Assembly: GCA_007376405.1 (NCBI GenBank)
Contig: VMGD01000009.1
Coordinates: 1-58,112 of the forward strand
Length of the DNA: 58,112 nucleotides
Source: Microgenomates group bacterium Gr01-1014_7
GTDB taxonomy: Bacteria > Patescibacteriota > Microgenomatia > Daviesbacterales > UBA10151
Reading direction: 5' to 3'
In this document: one piece after another, positions 25,612-34,600 of the stretch
Layout: every line of letters begins with the position of its first letter
Numbering within the stretch: the stretch's first letter is position 1
Translations under genes and position numbers: made by a program
The notes under the pieces: model-generated
Told to the model about the DNA's origin: nothing
Seen by the model: the letters and a program-made list of their open reading frames with translations, nothing else
Databases searched by the model: none

Positions 25612-26361
25612 TTACTTAAGTAACTTAAGTGATTTATTTAAATCATCAGGCAGCGGACTCTCAACCTCCATCCATTCCCCACTGACCGGATGATAAAATC
25701 CTATTTTTTTAGCATGTAAAAACATTCTCGGACACCACCTTTTATCCAACCGGTACATTTTCCTGCCAACGTAGCGTTCATCCGAAACAATTGGGTGATT
25801 AATATATTTTAAATGTACCCTAATTTGATGTGTCCGTCCAGTTAGAGGTTGGCAGGAAACTAAAGTAAACTGATTGTAGTTCATTCTCTCTAATTTTCTC
25901 ATGTGTATTTTATTGTAGTCTTTAAAAATTAATTGAAAATTGAAAATTGAAAATTGAAAATTGCCCAAAGGGTTATATTCTGTTACTGCTTCTTTTCCAT
26001 CCAGCAGAACCGTAAATTTTTCTCTGTTTCCCGGATTTCTGCCAATGCTCCCTTCCACTTTCCCCCCTTTTTCCACTAAACCATGCACCAGCGCCAAATA
26101 TTCCTTTTTTATTTTTCTTTCTTTAAATTGTGCCTGCAGATTTTCCAAAACTTCTTGAGTTTTAGCCACCAGCAGTATTCCTGAGGTATCCTTATCAAGC
26201 CGGTGAACTATACCTGCTCTATCCAGAGTATTCCCGCGCTCTCTTAACCAATCTTCCAGGGTATTTTCAGACTGAGTCTCCGATTTATCAACCACCAATC
26301 CGGCAGGCTTATCTAAAACCAAGAGATAATCATCCTGAAAGAGAATTTTAATATCATCCAT
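25612..26361 (-). CDS. RluA-family pseudouridine synthase with a repeat-derived insertion
   Basis: HRLDKDTSGILLVAKT and TGRTHQIRVH. The insertion NFQFSIFNFQLIF is encoded by a heptanucleotide array. Confidence 0.85.
   Translation of the reverse strand: MDDIKILFQDDYLLVLDKPAGLVVDKSETQSENTLEDWLRERGNTLDRAGIVHRLDKDTSGILLVAKTQEVLENLQAQFKERKIKKEYLALVHGLVEKGGKVEGSIGRNPGNREKFTVLLDGKEAVTEYNPLGNFQFSIFNFQLIFKDYNKIHMRKLERMNYNQFTLVSCQPLTGRTHQIRVHLKYINHPIVSDERYVGRKMYRLDKRWCPRMFLHAKKIGFYHPVSGEWMEVESPLPDDLNKSLKLLK
25931..25963. repeat. tandem heptanucleotide repeat (aattgaa) x about 4.7 inside the pseudouridine synthase CDS
   Basis: aattgaaaattgaaaattgaaaattgaaaattg. A related palindromic copy lies at 16897-16926. 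Confidence 0.8.
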
Positions 26362-26740
26362 TCGAGGTTTTCTGCAGGTAGCTTTTGATTTCTGTTAAAA
26401 CCTGATCTGGGCTAAGGGCTGATTTTATTAAATAACCTGCTGCCCCCAGTGCAAAAGCCTGTTTGATAATAGCATCCTGGCCCAAATTGGTTAAGACTAC
26501 GATAGTTAAGCCGGCAGCTTTACCAGGAGCTATTTTTAATTCTCTAAGTAACTGCAAACCGTCTTTTTTAGGTAGCATGATATCCAAAAGAGCCAAATTA
26601 TATTCATTCTCCCTAAGCTCCTTTAAAGCCGTCTCTCCATCTACCGAACAGTCAACCAAATACCCTTCCCCTTCCAAAAGCTCCTGATAAAATTCTCTTA
26701 AAAACTGATCATCTTCAATGATTAAAATCCGCTTGTTCAT
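26354..26740 (-). CDS. single-domain response regulator (CheY-like receiver)
   Basis: MNKRILIIEDD...LALLDIMLPKKDG...VVLTNLG...K. Start taken at the internal ATG; the long ORF begins in a TTATAAT repeat. Confidence 0.85.
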   Translation of the reverse strand: MNKRILIIEDDQFLREFYQELLEGEGYLVDCSVDGETALKELRENEYNLALLDIMLPKKDGLQLLRELKIAPGKAAGLTIVVLTNLGQDAIIKQAFALGAAGYLIKSALSPDQVLTEIKSYLQKTSNG

Positions 26741-26746
26741 ATAACA

Positions 26747-26781
26747 GTTATAATTATTATAATCATAATAATGATTATATT
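26747..26781. repeat. TTATAAT-unit AT-rich array
   Basis: gttataattattataatcataataatgattatatt. Related arrays lie at 4100-4150 and 40302-40338. Confidence 0.5.
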
Positions 26782-28127
26782 GCAACCGGCTCAAGTGTCT
26801 TAGCTTCACCTTTTGGCCTGACATGAAATTCTTCAGATTCTTTCAATACCTCTTGTGTTGCAATTGGGAGGGAAAAGGTAAAAGTTGAACCTTTATCTAC
26901 TCCCTCGGACTGCGCCCAAATGCTTCCGTGCATCATCTCCACCAGACTCTTGGAAATATAAAGTCCGAGGCCTGTTCCACCGGATGTAGAAATTGAAACA
27001 TAAGAATTATCAAGTCTCCCGAATTTTTTAAATAACTTGCCCACATCTTCTTTGACAATTCCCAATCCATTATCTCTGACCGAAACCTCAACCATTTTCC
27101 CGTCTGTAAAAAAATCCACAGTGATCATACCTCCGGGATAATCAAATTTCAAAGAATTACCCAGTAAGTTAAGCAAAACCTCATGCACTTTATCAGGATC
27201 GGCAAAAACTTGGGGAATTTTATGTTCCAAAACTAAAAGCGAAAGTCTTTTCTCCATAGCTTTGACTTTAACTTCTTCCATCACATCTTTGACTAAAGCC
27301 ACAATATCAAAGACTTTAGGATTGATTTCAATGTGGCCGGATTCAATCCTGGAAACATTGAGCATATCATTAACCAGATTAATCAACCTCTCCGTGGAAA
27401 TCAGAGTTCTGTATAAATATCTTTCCAATTTTTGTGAGAGCGGAATATCGGATTTATGAAGAGCCATCCAGACGTACGAACGGATAGCAGTCATTGGTGT
27501 CCTTAGTTCATGTGAGGCAACAGACACAAACTCATCCTTCAGCTTATCCAGCTGATGAAGCTTGGCATTCATTTCATAAACTTGCTGTGTAATTTGAGTT
27601 AAAGAACTCTCTGTATCTTGCAAGCGATATCCCAAATCTATTAGCCTCGTTATCATCTGCATGAATTCAATCTCTTCCGGGTTAATTTTATCTGAACTTG
27701 CAGGAGAAGCTAAAACTAAAATGCCTGAGAAGTTATGCGTATTCTGTATCGGTAAAATTAGCAAAGAGCGGATTTCTGAAAATTTTGGAAAAGATAAATC
27801 AACTAATTCTTTTATATCCGATATCAAAAGCGGCCTGCCATACAAAAGTTCCATCTCCCAACTGCTTCCCCGCTCCAAAAGGATTTCCGTATGGATAACT
27901 TCTTTTTCGGATACTATTTTTGTTTGTTTGTCTACAAAAAATCCGCGCTGCAGCTTATGATCCGGATCGACAAAAATAGCAGACAAAAACTCATAACAGT
28001 ATCCTAAAGAGGCCAATTCTTCTAAAACCGTAGGCAAAAATAACTGAAGTAATTTAGTCCCCTCCTCTAAATCTAGCACTGCTTGTTGCAGTTTTAAGAA
28101 AACAGTTATTTTATCCTCTGACAGCAT
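26775..28127 (-). CDS. soluble sensor histidine kinase (GAF-like N-terminus, HisKA, HATPase_c)
   Basis: FVSVASHELRTPMTAIRSY, the N-box LLNLLGNSLKF, and GGTGLGLYISK. Confidence 0.9.
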   Translation of the reverse strand: MLSEDKITVFLKLQQAVLDLEEGTKLLQLFLPTVLEELASLGYCYEFLSAIFVDPDHKLQRGFFVDKQTKIVSEKEVIHTEILLERGSSWEMELLYGRPLLISDIKELVDLSFPKFSEIRSLLILPIQNTHNFSGILVLASPASSDKINPEEIEFMQMITRLIDLGYRLQDTESSLTQITQQVYEMNAKLHQLDKLKDEFVSVASHELRTPMTAIRSYVWMALHKSDIPLSQKLERYLYRTLISTERLINLVNDMLNVSRIESGHIEINPKVFDIVALVKDVMEEVKVKAMEKRLSLLVLEHKIPQVFADPDKVHEVLLNLLGNSLKFDYPGGMITVDFFTDGKMVEVSVRDNGLGIVKEDVGKLFKKFGRLDNSYVSISTSGGTGLGLYISKSLVEMMHGSIWAQSEGVDKGSTFTFSLPIATQEVLKESEEFHVRPKGEAKTLEPVAI

Positions 28128-28145
28128 AAGATTAATACATTATAT

Positions 28146-28224
28146 GTCATTCTGGAGCGAAGCGATAGAATCCTGTTGAGATCCTTCACTGATCGTTCAG
28201 GATGATCCCGATTTAATCGGGATC
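28146..28224. repeat. composite intergenic repeat block: inverted pair of GC-rich mini-repeats plus hairpin GATCCCGAT-TTA-ATCGGGATC
   Basis: gtcattctggagcgaagcgatagaatcc / atccttcactgatcgttcaggatgat. The second half closely matches 39121-39145. Confidence 0.55.
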
Positions 28225-28501
28225 AGTTTTTCAGGATATCGGGAATATCGGAAGCGGGGATTTTATCTGAAAGCGGCTCTATAGCTTCCTTGCATACCTC
28301 AATTGAGGCTTTCCCAAAAAGTTTGGAATATTGATTAACTAAATTCCCTAAAACTTCTTTTTTATTACCGCTTACTTTAATATCGTCGGCAGAGGAAACT
28401 TCCAGGCCGGATACCTTCTTTGCCTGATCCAGCGCAACCGGTCCAATGATTGCCTGTTGTTCCTTAATTATATTGCTGACTGCCTGGGCAACTGGATCCA
28501 A
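28223..28501 (-). CDS. small soluble hypothetical protein
   Basis: 92-aa ORF directly downstream of the membrane protein gene. Confidence 0.55.
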   Translation of the reverse strand: MDPVAQAVSNIIKEQQAIIGPVALDQAKKVSGLEVSSADDIKVSGNKKEVLGNLVNQYSKLFGKASIEVCKEAIEPLSDKIPASDIPDILKN

Positions 28502-28502
28502 T

Positions 28503-29312
28503 TTAAGCCTCCTTCAATTTAGAACAAAATCCTAAGACTCCAAAAGTAAGTAAAAATAAACCTGTAGTCAGTAATAGATCTCCAAATTGCCCATTATAAA
28601 AAGTTCCTACTGTTGTTGTATAGGAAAATACGGCATCTGCAACAGTCATAACGGCTAAACCTGCCAGAATTGAAATAATATCGTATAGATATTTACCCCC
28701 AAGGTACTGAAACGAAAGACCGGATATGATAACAGCAATAGTTAGAGCTAGAAAATCTCCCAGAGGATATGCAATATCAAGAACGATTTTAAGCGGAGTT
28801 TCACCCAGAGGAACCAATACTCCACCTCTAGCAATTACCACGAGAAAATAATAAGAAATACCCAAAAGAATAATCGGGGCCAAAGCAACAAACACTTTGG
28901 CAAAATTATTTCTTAAACCATATTTAGCTCCTGTTGCTTTAGCAAGGTAGACTGTTCCCAATCCGTAGAAGAATATACTGGGTGCAAAACCTAAATCGGC
29001 AAGTGATGGATATGGTGCGGGTTCACCCAGGAAAAAGTTGTAATAAGACCATATTGTTTCTCCAAAACCCCAACAAAAAAGTCCCAAACCTATGAAAAAG
29101 ACTGCTTTCCCAACAGCGCTTCCAAACCCACCCCACATCCTTGATTTTACCATTGCGATAAAGCCACCGATTAGAGGAATTAAACCAAATAAAAATGAGT
29201 ATAGATAATTATAGAAACCTTCCTTGGAACCACTATTAAACAGTAAAACCCAAAAAACAACTAAGAAAACCAAAAAGGCTAAAGATACTTTTTGATAAAC
29301 ATTTATCCTCAT
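28503..29312 (-). CDS. polytopic membrane protein, function unknown
   Basis: 269 aa with about 8 TM helices. Confidence 0.7.
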   Translation of the reverse strand: MRINVYQKVSLAFLVFLVVFWVLLFNSGSKEGFYNYLYSFLFGLIPLIGGFIAMVKSRMWGGFGSAVGKAVFFIGLGLFCWGFGETIWSYYNFFLGEPAPYPSLADLGFAPSIFFYGLGTVYLAKATGAKYGLRNNFAKVFVALAPIILLGISYYFLVVIARGGVLVPLGETPLKIVLDIAYPLGDFLALTIAVIISGLSFQYLGGKYLYDIISILAGLAVMTVADAVFSYTTTVGTFYNGQFGDLLLTTGLFLLTFGVLGFCSKLKEA

Positions 29313-29345
29313 TACATTAAGTGTAAACCTTACGGTTTTAAAATG

Positions 29346-30485
29346 TCAAATAAAATACACATCTGGTTTGGGGAAACCGTTAAAGGGGCTGACTGTGGTA
29401 AGACCATACGCTCCCACATGATGAACAATCAGCTTATCTCCAACTTCTACATCTTGTGGCAGTAAAGCTTCCCTGGTAATCACATCTGGTGAATCACCTG
29501 TTGGACCGGCTAGCGCATATAATGATTCTCCCGCGTCCCCCACAGGTCTCATACTACTTATTGGGTATCTGGTAGAACCTTGATAAGCCATAGTTTCAAA
29601 TAAGCCATTATAAACTCCAAGATCTAAAAATAACCAGGTACTACCTCTTCTTTCCACTCTTGCTATTACACTGGCAACAGCCACTGCAGTATCGGCAACC
29701 ATTCCTCTTCCCGGCTCCAAAATCAATTTTGGCTGATATGGAAGTTTCTCATATTGTTCAAGCGTATATTGGGCAATTTCTTCTAATTCGGGGATATTCT
29801 CGCTGGATGTATATTTGCAAGGATAACCGCCTCCCAGATTTAATACATCTAATTTGATTCCCATTTCCTGCAAATCCTCAAGGACCGAACGCAGTATCCC
29901 TAAGACTTCTGCCCAGGCCTTTGGGTCAGATGCTTGCGAGCCAACATGAAAGCTTATGCCGTAAGGGTGTAAACCCAATTCTTTAGCCCGGATAAGCAAT
30001 GGAATAATGCTTGAAGGATCAGTGCCGAATTTTTCTGAAAATTTAAAGACAGACCCTGAATCGTTGGCAATGGTTCTAACATAAACTTTAGCCCGGGGTG
30101 TAATAGCTGCAATTTTCTCAATTTCAGGGAATGAGTCACAGGCATACCTGTCTACACCGTAATCAAAAAATTCTTTAATATGGGAAGCCGGTTTTATTGA
30201 TGTTCCATAGATGATTTTTGCAGCAGGTACTTTTATTTTTTTTAGCATATCAAGTTCATATTTGGAGGCAACCTCGAAACTACTTCCTATTTCCTGAAGT
30301 GTTTTTAAAACTCCAGGTTCAGAATTTGCTTTCATAGCATAGTGAATTGTGGATCCCGGAAAAAGTTTTTTAAATTTACGGTAGTTACCGGTGATTTTTT
30401 TCTTACTAAATAGAAAGAACGGAGTTTTATATTTGAGTTTTGCTAAAAATTCAGGATTAAATGTATTAGTGATTATTTTAGTCAT
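29346..30485 (-). CDS. type III PLP-dependent decarboxylase (Orn/Lys/DAP/Arg decarboxylase family, ODC-like)
   Basis: HYAMKAN (PLP Lys), HVGSQ, LNLGGGYP, EPGR. Confidence 0.85.
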   Translation of the reverse strand: MTKIITNTFNPEFLAKLKYKTPFFLFSKKKITGNYRKFKKLFPGSTIHYAMKANSEPGVLKTLQEIGSSFEVASKYELDMLKKIKVPAAKIIYGTSIKPASHIKEFFDYGVDRYACDSFPEIEKIAAITPRAKVYVRTIANDSGSVFKFSEKFGTDPSSIIPLLIRAKELGLHPYGISFHVGSQASDPKAWAEVLGILRSVLEDLQEMGIKLDVLNLGGGYPCKYTSSENIPELEEIAQYTLEQYEKLPYQPKLILEPGRGMVADTAVAVASVIARVERRGSTWLFLDLGVYNGLFETMAYQGSTRYPISSMRPVGDAGESLYALAGPTGDSPDVITREALLPQDVEVGDKLIVHHVGAYGLTTVSPFNGFPKPDVYFI

Positions 30486-30491
30486 ATTTTA

Positions 30492-31391
30492 TTAGTTTCG
30501 CATAGAAAGAATTACAATTCCGGCAATGATAATAAAGGTTCCTGCGCGCTGAATCGAAGATACCCTTTCTTTGAGGAAAATGTGAGCAAGTATGATAGTC
30601 GGCAGAGAAAATGCTCCGGAAAGCACGGCAATAATACTGGTAAATGATGTTACGCTAAACCCTAAACTTATTGCTGAATATGCTATGACCTCACCCAAAC
30701 CTATAAGTATCAGAAATTTCCAAAGGTGGGGTTTAACGACTCCAAGATTTACTCGTTGAAGTTTGGATATTATAACTGCTGTAAGAGTCATAAATATATA
30801 CATAAATAATGCATAAGTCAACCAGTCTTTACCACCAACAAATTGATCCCAGGATACTGTCCAGATAGCGGCAAGTATGACTGCCAGTCCTATTTCCTTT
30901 AGTCCGGGTATATGAATTAAATTAAGTCGTCTTGAGCGTAAAGCTTGAGAATCTAGGTTCAACAGCAGAATACCGCCGAATATAACAGCCACAGCTAACA
31001 ATATAGATGCACTTACTTTTTCCCCAAGTAGCGTTATCGACAATAAAGCTGCTAAACCAGAATAAGAAGCAAAAACAGGATTTAATACTGCCAGTTGTCC
31101 CTTGCCAAAGCCTATATATACAAGTAGATAAATGAGCGCCTGCAGTACACCAAAAAAAATTAACAACCCCCATCCTGCCATGTCAGTTGGAATAGACAGT
31201 TGTTGCCCGATCACAACCGACTGGTAGAGTGCTATTAGGGAAAACGCAAGCGTACCAAACAAATGGGCCCAAACCAGACTAACAATACTGCCCACTCTAT
31301 CAATTGTTTTTTTGGCAAAAAAGTCGGCAAAACCCCAACCCAGCATTGCCCCAAGTCCCGTAAATATAGCAATTAGCAATTCCTGTTGCAT
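30492..31391 (-). CDS. EamA/DMT family transporter
   Basis: 10 TM helices with two EamA-like halves. Confidence 0.8.
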   Translation of the reverse strand: MQQELLIAIFTGLGAMLGWGFADFFAKKTIDRVGSIVSLVWAHLFGTLAFSLIALYQSVVIGQQLSIPTDMAGWGLLIFFGVLQALIYLLVYIGFGKGQLAVLNPVFASYSGLAALLSITLLGEKVSASILLAVAVIFGGILLLNLDSQALRSRRLNLIHIPGLKEIGLAVILAAIWTVSWDQFVGGKDWLTYALFMYIFMTLTAVIISKLQRVNLGVVKPHLWKFLILIGLGEVIAYSAISLGFSVTSFTSIIAVLSGAFSLPTIILAHIFLKERVSSIQRAGTFIIIAGIVILSMRN

Positions 31392-31435
31392 TTATCTTGA
31401 ATAATATCATAAATATTTAGAAAAGAGATAATAGT

Positions 31436-31795
31436 CTATTTAGAAACTTTTTTGGAGCAGGAGAGGCAAAGGCTGGCTGTGGGCATGGCCAGGAGTCTGC
31501 CCAGTTCAATCTGTTTACCGCATTTTTCACACTTACCATAAGAGCCGCTTTTAATTTTGGAAAGGGCCACTATGATGGAGGTCTTGGTGTCTTTGAGCTG
31601 TTTTTCCAGAATTACGGTTTTGGTATGAGTATCGGCAATATAGGAGTCAGTCCCTGGCTCACTGGTTTCGGCTAAACTGCCGTCATTTACCGGATCATCC
31701 TCTTCCACTTCTTTTAAGTTTTTCTCCACCTGAGCTTGCTGGCGGAGCAAAACTCTTTTAATACTGTCTACTTTTTTTCCAGGAAAGCCTAACAT
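31436..31795 (-). CDS. DksA/TraR C4-type zinc-finger protein
   Basis: GSYGKCEKCGKQIELGRLLAMPTASLCLSC. Confidence 0.8.
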   Translation of the reverse strand: MLGFPGKKVDSIKRVLLRQQAQVEKNLKEVEEDDPVNDGSLAETSEPGTDSYIADTHTKTVILEKQLKDTKTSIIVALSKIKSGSYGKCEKCGKQIELGRLLAMPTASLCLSCSKKVSK

Positions 31796-32648
31796 TAAAC
31801 CTCCTTAAGATTTTTTTAAGATTTCTTAAATTCCAGACAAGTGCCGTTTTTTGATTATACCAGTATTTTTTAAGTCTTTCCATAGTAACTTCTTTAGGTA
31901 AGTTCTTTAAATCAGAAATTAATTTTCTTTTTGTTACTTTATAGAAAATATAAACTCCGCAAAATAAAAATACAAAAAATAATAAAAATTCATTTTGTGC
32001 TCGCAAGGGGCTGGTTAACAGTTTAACTGCCCCAAAATAAATTAAAGATAAAGATAAAATCTTGCCTCTTTGATGAAAGTGAGTAGCAGAAGACCAGAGT
32101 CTGGAAAGCGCAAATAAAAATAGTAATGCCTCCAGGACTTGCACAGGAAATCTTTTGCCCAAAACTCCAACCATATTAACTGAGAAAAAAAGATTATTAG
32201 GTGCCCCAACTCCACACCCGCCCAGGAAGCATCCCAGATCAGATAAAACAAGAGCACCAACCACTCCAACAGAGGCAATATCCAAAGCTTGTAAAAAATT
32301 ATCCTTTTTTTTGCGGACCAGAAAGTAAAGAGTTAATACTCCCCCGATTATCCCTCCCCAAAAAGAAAATCCGGGGTATTTATAAATAACTAAAATCCCA
32401 AACAGGTGTTGGGAGAAAAATTGAAAATTCTCCAGAACAAAGTATATTCTGGCCCCAATTAACCCTCCAATCAGGGTTAAAAGTGTTAAGTCCAAAACTT
32501 TTTCCTCATCCAAATCCCAGGCCCGGGCCAGCCTCCAAATCAGGAATATTCCCAGCAAAAACCCCAAAGCCAGAAATACTCCAAAAGAGGACACACTTAG
32601 ATTTCCCAAAGAAAAAAGTACCGGAAACATATCCAAATAGGCTACCAC
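31758..32648 (-). CDS. lgt: prolipoprotein diacylglyceryl transferase
   Basis: LSVSSFGVFLALGFLLGI...IGGLIGARIYFVL...FWGGIIGG. The alternative start is 32630. Confidence 0.8.
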   Translation of the reverse strand: MVAYLDMFPVLFSLGNLSVSSFGVFLALGFLLGIFLIWRLARAWDLDEEKVLDLTLLTLIGGLIGARIYFVLENFQFFSQHLFGILVIYKYPGFSFWGGIIGGVLTLYFLVRKKKDNFLQALDIASVGVVGALVLSDLGCFLGGCGVGAPNNLFFSVNMVGVLGKRFPVQVLEALLFLFALSRLWSSATHFHQRGKILSLSLIYFGAVKLLTSPLRAQNEFLLFFVFLFCGVYIFYKVTKRKLISDLKNLPKEVTMERLKKYWYNQKTALVWNLRNLKKILRRFNVRLSWKKSRQY

Positions 32649-32701
32649 ACTCCCCTTCTTGAATCAAATTGACAAAGTCTGGTATACTTAATAGTTACTA
32701 A

Positions 32702-33145
32702 ATGACTGCAACTGCACATGCGCTAGTAGGAGGAGCAATTGCCGCCTCCATCCCCAACCCCGCCATTGGTTTACCTCTTGCAGCCATTTCCCACCCCATT
32801 TTGGACATGATCCCCCACTGGGATTTGGGAGTGGGATGGAGGAAAAAGAATAAAGTCACTCTTTTTACAGAATCAGTACTGGATTTAATAATTGGTATTG
32901 TTTTTGCATATATTTTCTTTGGAAGGCACATTGATCCTATATATTTCCTGGCCTGTATCTTTTTTTCTGAAATCTGGGATTTATTAATGATGCCTTATCT
33001 ACTTTTTGGCTGGAATTTCCCCCCTTTTTCAACAGCCTATAGATGGCAGCATAAAATTCAAAGCAATATTAAACTCCCCTGGGGAATTCTTACTCAGGCA
33101 GTTACAGTTTATGGAGTAGTGCTAGCTTTGAGATTCATTCATTAA
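32702..33145 (+). CDS. membrane-bound metal-dependent hydrolase-like protein (DUF457/YdjM-like)
   Basis: TATAHALVGGAIA...ISHPILDMIPHWD. Confidence 0.5.
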   Translation: MTATAHALVGGAIAASIPNPAIGLPLAAISHPILDMIPHWDLGVGWRKKNKVTLFTESVLDLIIGIVFAYIFFGRHIDPIYFLACIFFSEIWDLLMMPYLLFGWNFPPFSTAYRWQHKIQSNIKLPWGILTQAVTVYGVVLALRFIH

Positions 33146-34021
33146 ACTTTTAAGATATTCTCTAAATTCTCCATTAATTTCCGGGTGCTCCAGCGCTAAA
33201 TCAACCACAGTTTTCATATATTCAAACTTATTTCCGGTATCTCTAAAAATGGCATTTTGAAGCTCCACAGCATGAACAGAAATTCCATCATCTATCATCC
33301 CTTGAAGTCCCAGGGTATAAACTAGCTCCTCTCCCTCTTTTAAATTTGGTATCGCCTTCTCCAGATGCTCATAAATATCAGGCGTATAAAGATAGCCGCT
33401 AACTATTGCCATATCAGAGGGAGATATTTCCCTGCTTCCAGGCTTTTCTATTATTTTTTGCACCTTAATGACATGTCCATTAACCTCTTCTCCCCCTGCA
33501 AAACCATATTTTTTGTAGTCTTCATCATTTCTTGCTTTCATACTGCCTAAGATTGTTGAATCATATTTTTCGTATGCTTCAATCATTTGCTTTGCTCTGG
33601 AAGGAGTAGCATCTACAAAATCATCTCCCCAAAAGACCAAAAATGGGTCATCTCTCATGATGTGTTTAGCATTTAAAATAGGAGTAGCATTGCCATCCGG
33701 GCCTTTTTGACGAATATAAACAAATTCGGCCAAATCCGAAATCTTTCTAACCATTACCAGAGCATCAGTTTTACCCATCTTTTCTAATTTATCTTCAAGT
33801 TCAGCATTATTATCAAAATGATCCTCAATACTTCTTTTATTCCAACCTGTCACTATAACAATTGTTTCAATGCCCGCCGTCACTAACTCTTCAACTACTC
33901 GCTGAATAATTGGTTTGTCCACCAGAGGCATCATTTCCTTGGGCATGGCCTTGGTTTGGGGAAGGAAACGAGTTCCGAAGCCAGCCGCCGGTATTAAAGC
34001 TTTAGTGATCTTTTTGGCCAT
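33122..34021 (-). CDS. galU: UTP--glucose-1-phosphate uridylyltransferase
   Basis: KALIPAAGFGTRFLPQTKAMPKEMMPLVDKPIIQ. Confidence 0.9.
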   Translation of the reverse strand: MAKKITKALIPAAGFGTRFLPQTKAMPKEMMPLVDKPIIQRVVEELVTAGIETIVIVTGWNKRSIEDHFDNNAELEDKLEKMGKTDALVMVRKISDLAEFVYIRQKGPDGNATPILNAKHIMRDDPFLVFWGDDFVDATPSRAKQMIEAYEKYDSTILGSMKARNDEDYKKYGFAGGEEVNGHVIKVQKIIEKPGSREISPSDMAIVSGYLYTPDIYEHLEKAIPNLKEGEELVYTLGLQGMIDDGISVHAVELQNAIFRDTGNKFEYMKTVVDLALEHPEINGEFREYLKSLMNESQS

Positions 34022-34025
34022 TACT

Positions 34026-34589
34026 CTATTCTTTCACTCTTTCCACATATTGTCCAGTTCTGGTATCCACTTTTACCTTTTCCCCCACACCAATAAACAT
34101 GGGGACTTTAACGACCAACCCGTTATCCAGAGTTGCTTCCTTAAACACATTGGAAACAGTATTGCCCCTCTCTCCCGGGCCGGTTTCTGCTATCTCGTAC
34201 ACCAGGCTGTTTGGCAACTCCAAACCCAGTGCTTCCCCCTCGGAAATTATTAAACTGACTTCCAATCCGTCTTTTAAATATTTAATCTGTTCACCCAAAC
34301 TTACCTCCCTTAGGGAAAATTGCTCAAAGGCAGTATCCATAAAATGAAATAAATCGCCATCTCTGTATAAAAACTGAGCTTTTTTCTTTTGCACATCAGC
34401 TTCATCAACTCTTGCTCCGGTGATAAAAGATTTCTCCGTCACTGAACCGGTTTTTAAATTTTTTACTTTTAACTTTATATTTCCAGATCCTCTGCCCATT
34501 TTGACATGATCATAGGAAAGTACCTGCAAAATATTCCCTGCTTCCTTAAAAACAGTTCCATTTCGAAGATCAGTTACATTAAGCGCCAT
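34026..34589 (-). CDS. efp: elongation factor P (Arg at the loop tip)
   Basis: Full-length EF-P pattern. The loop is HVKMGRGSGNIK. Confidence 0.9.
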   Translation of the reverse strand: MALNVTDLRNGTVFKEAGNILQVLSYDHVKMGRGSGNIKLKVKNLKTGSVTEKSFITGARVDEADVQKKKAQFLYRDGDLFHFMDTAFEQFSLREVSLGEQIKYLKDGLEVSLIISEGEALGLELPNSLVYEIAETGPGERGNTVSNVFKEATLDNGLVVKVPMFIGVGEKVKVDTRTGQYVERVKE

Positions 34590-34600
34590 AATCCTAGATT

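Noticed and set aside
25931-25963. Tandem repeats (heptamer array, TTATAAT arrays) as a CRISPR array
   Set aside because: The units are 7-8 bp with no spacers. No repeat-spacer periodicity of 25-40 bp occurs anywhere in the window, and there are no cas genes.
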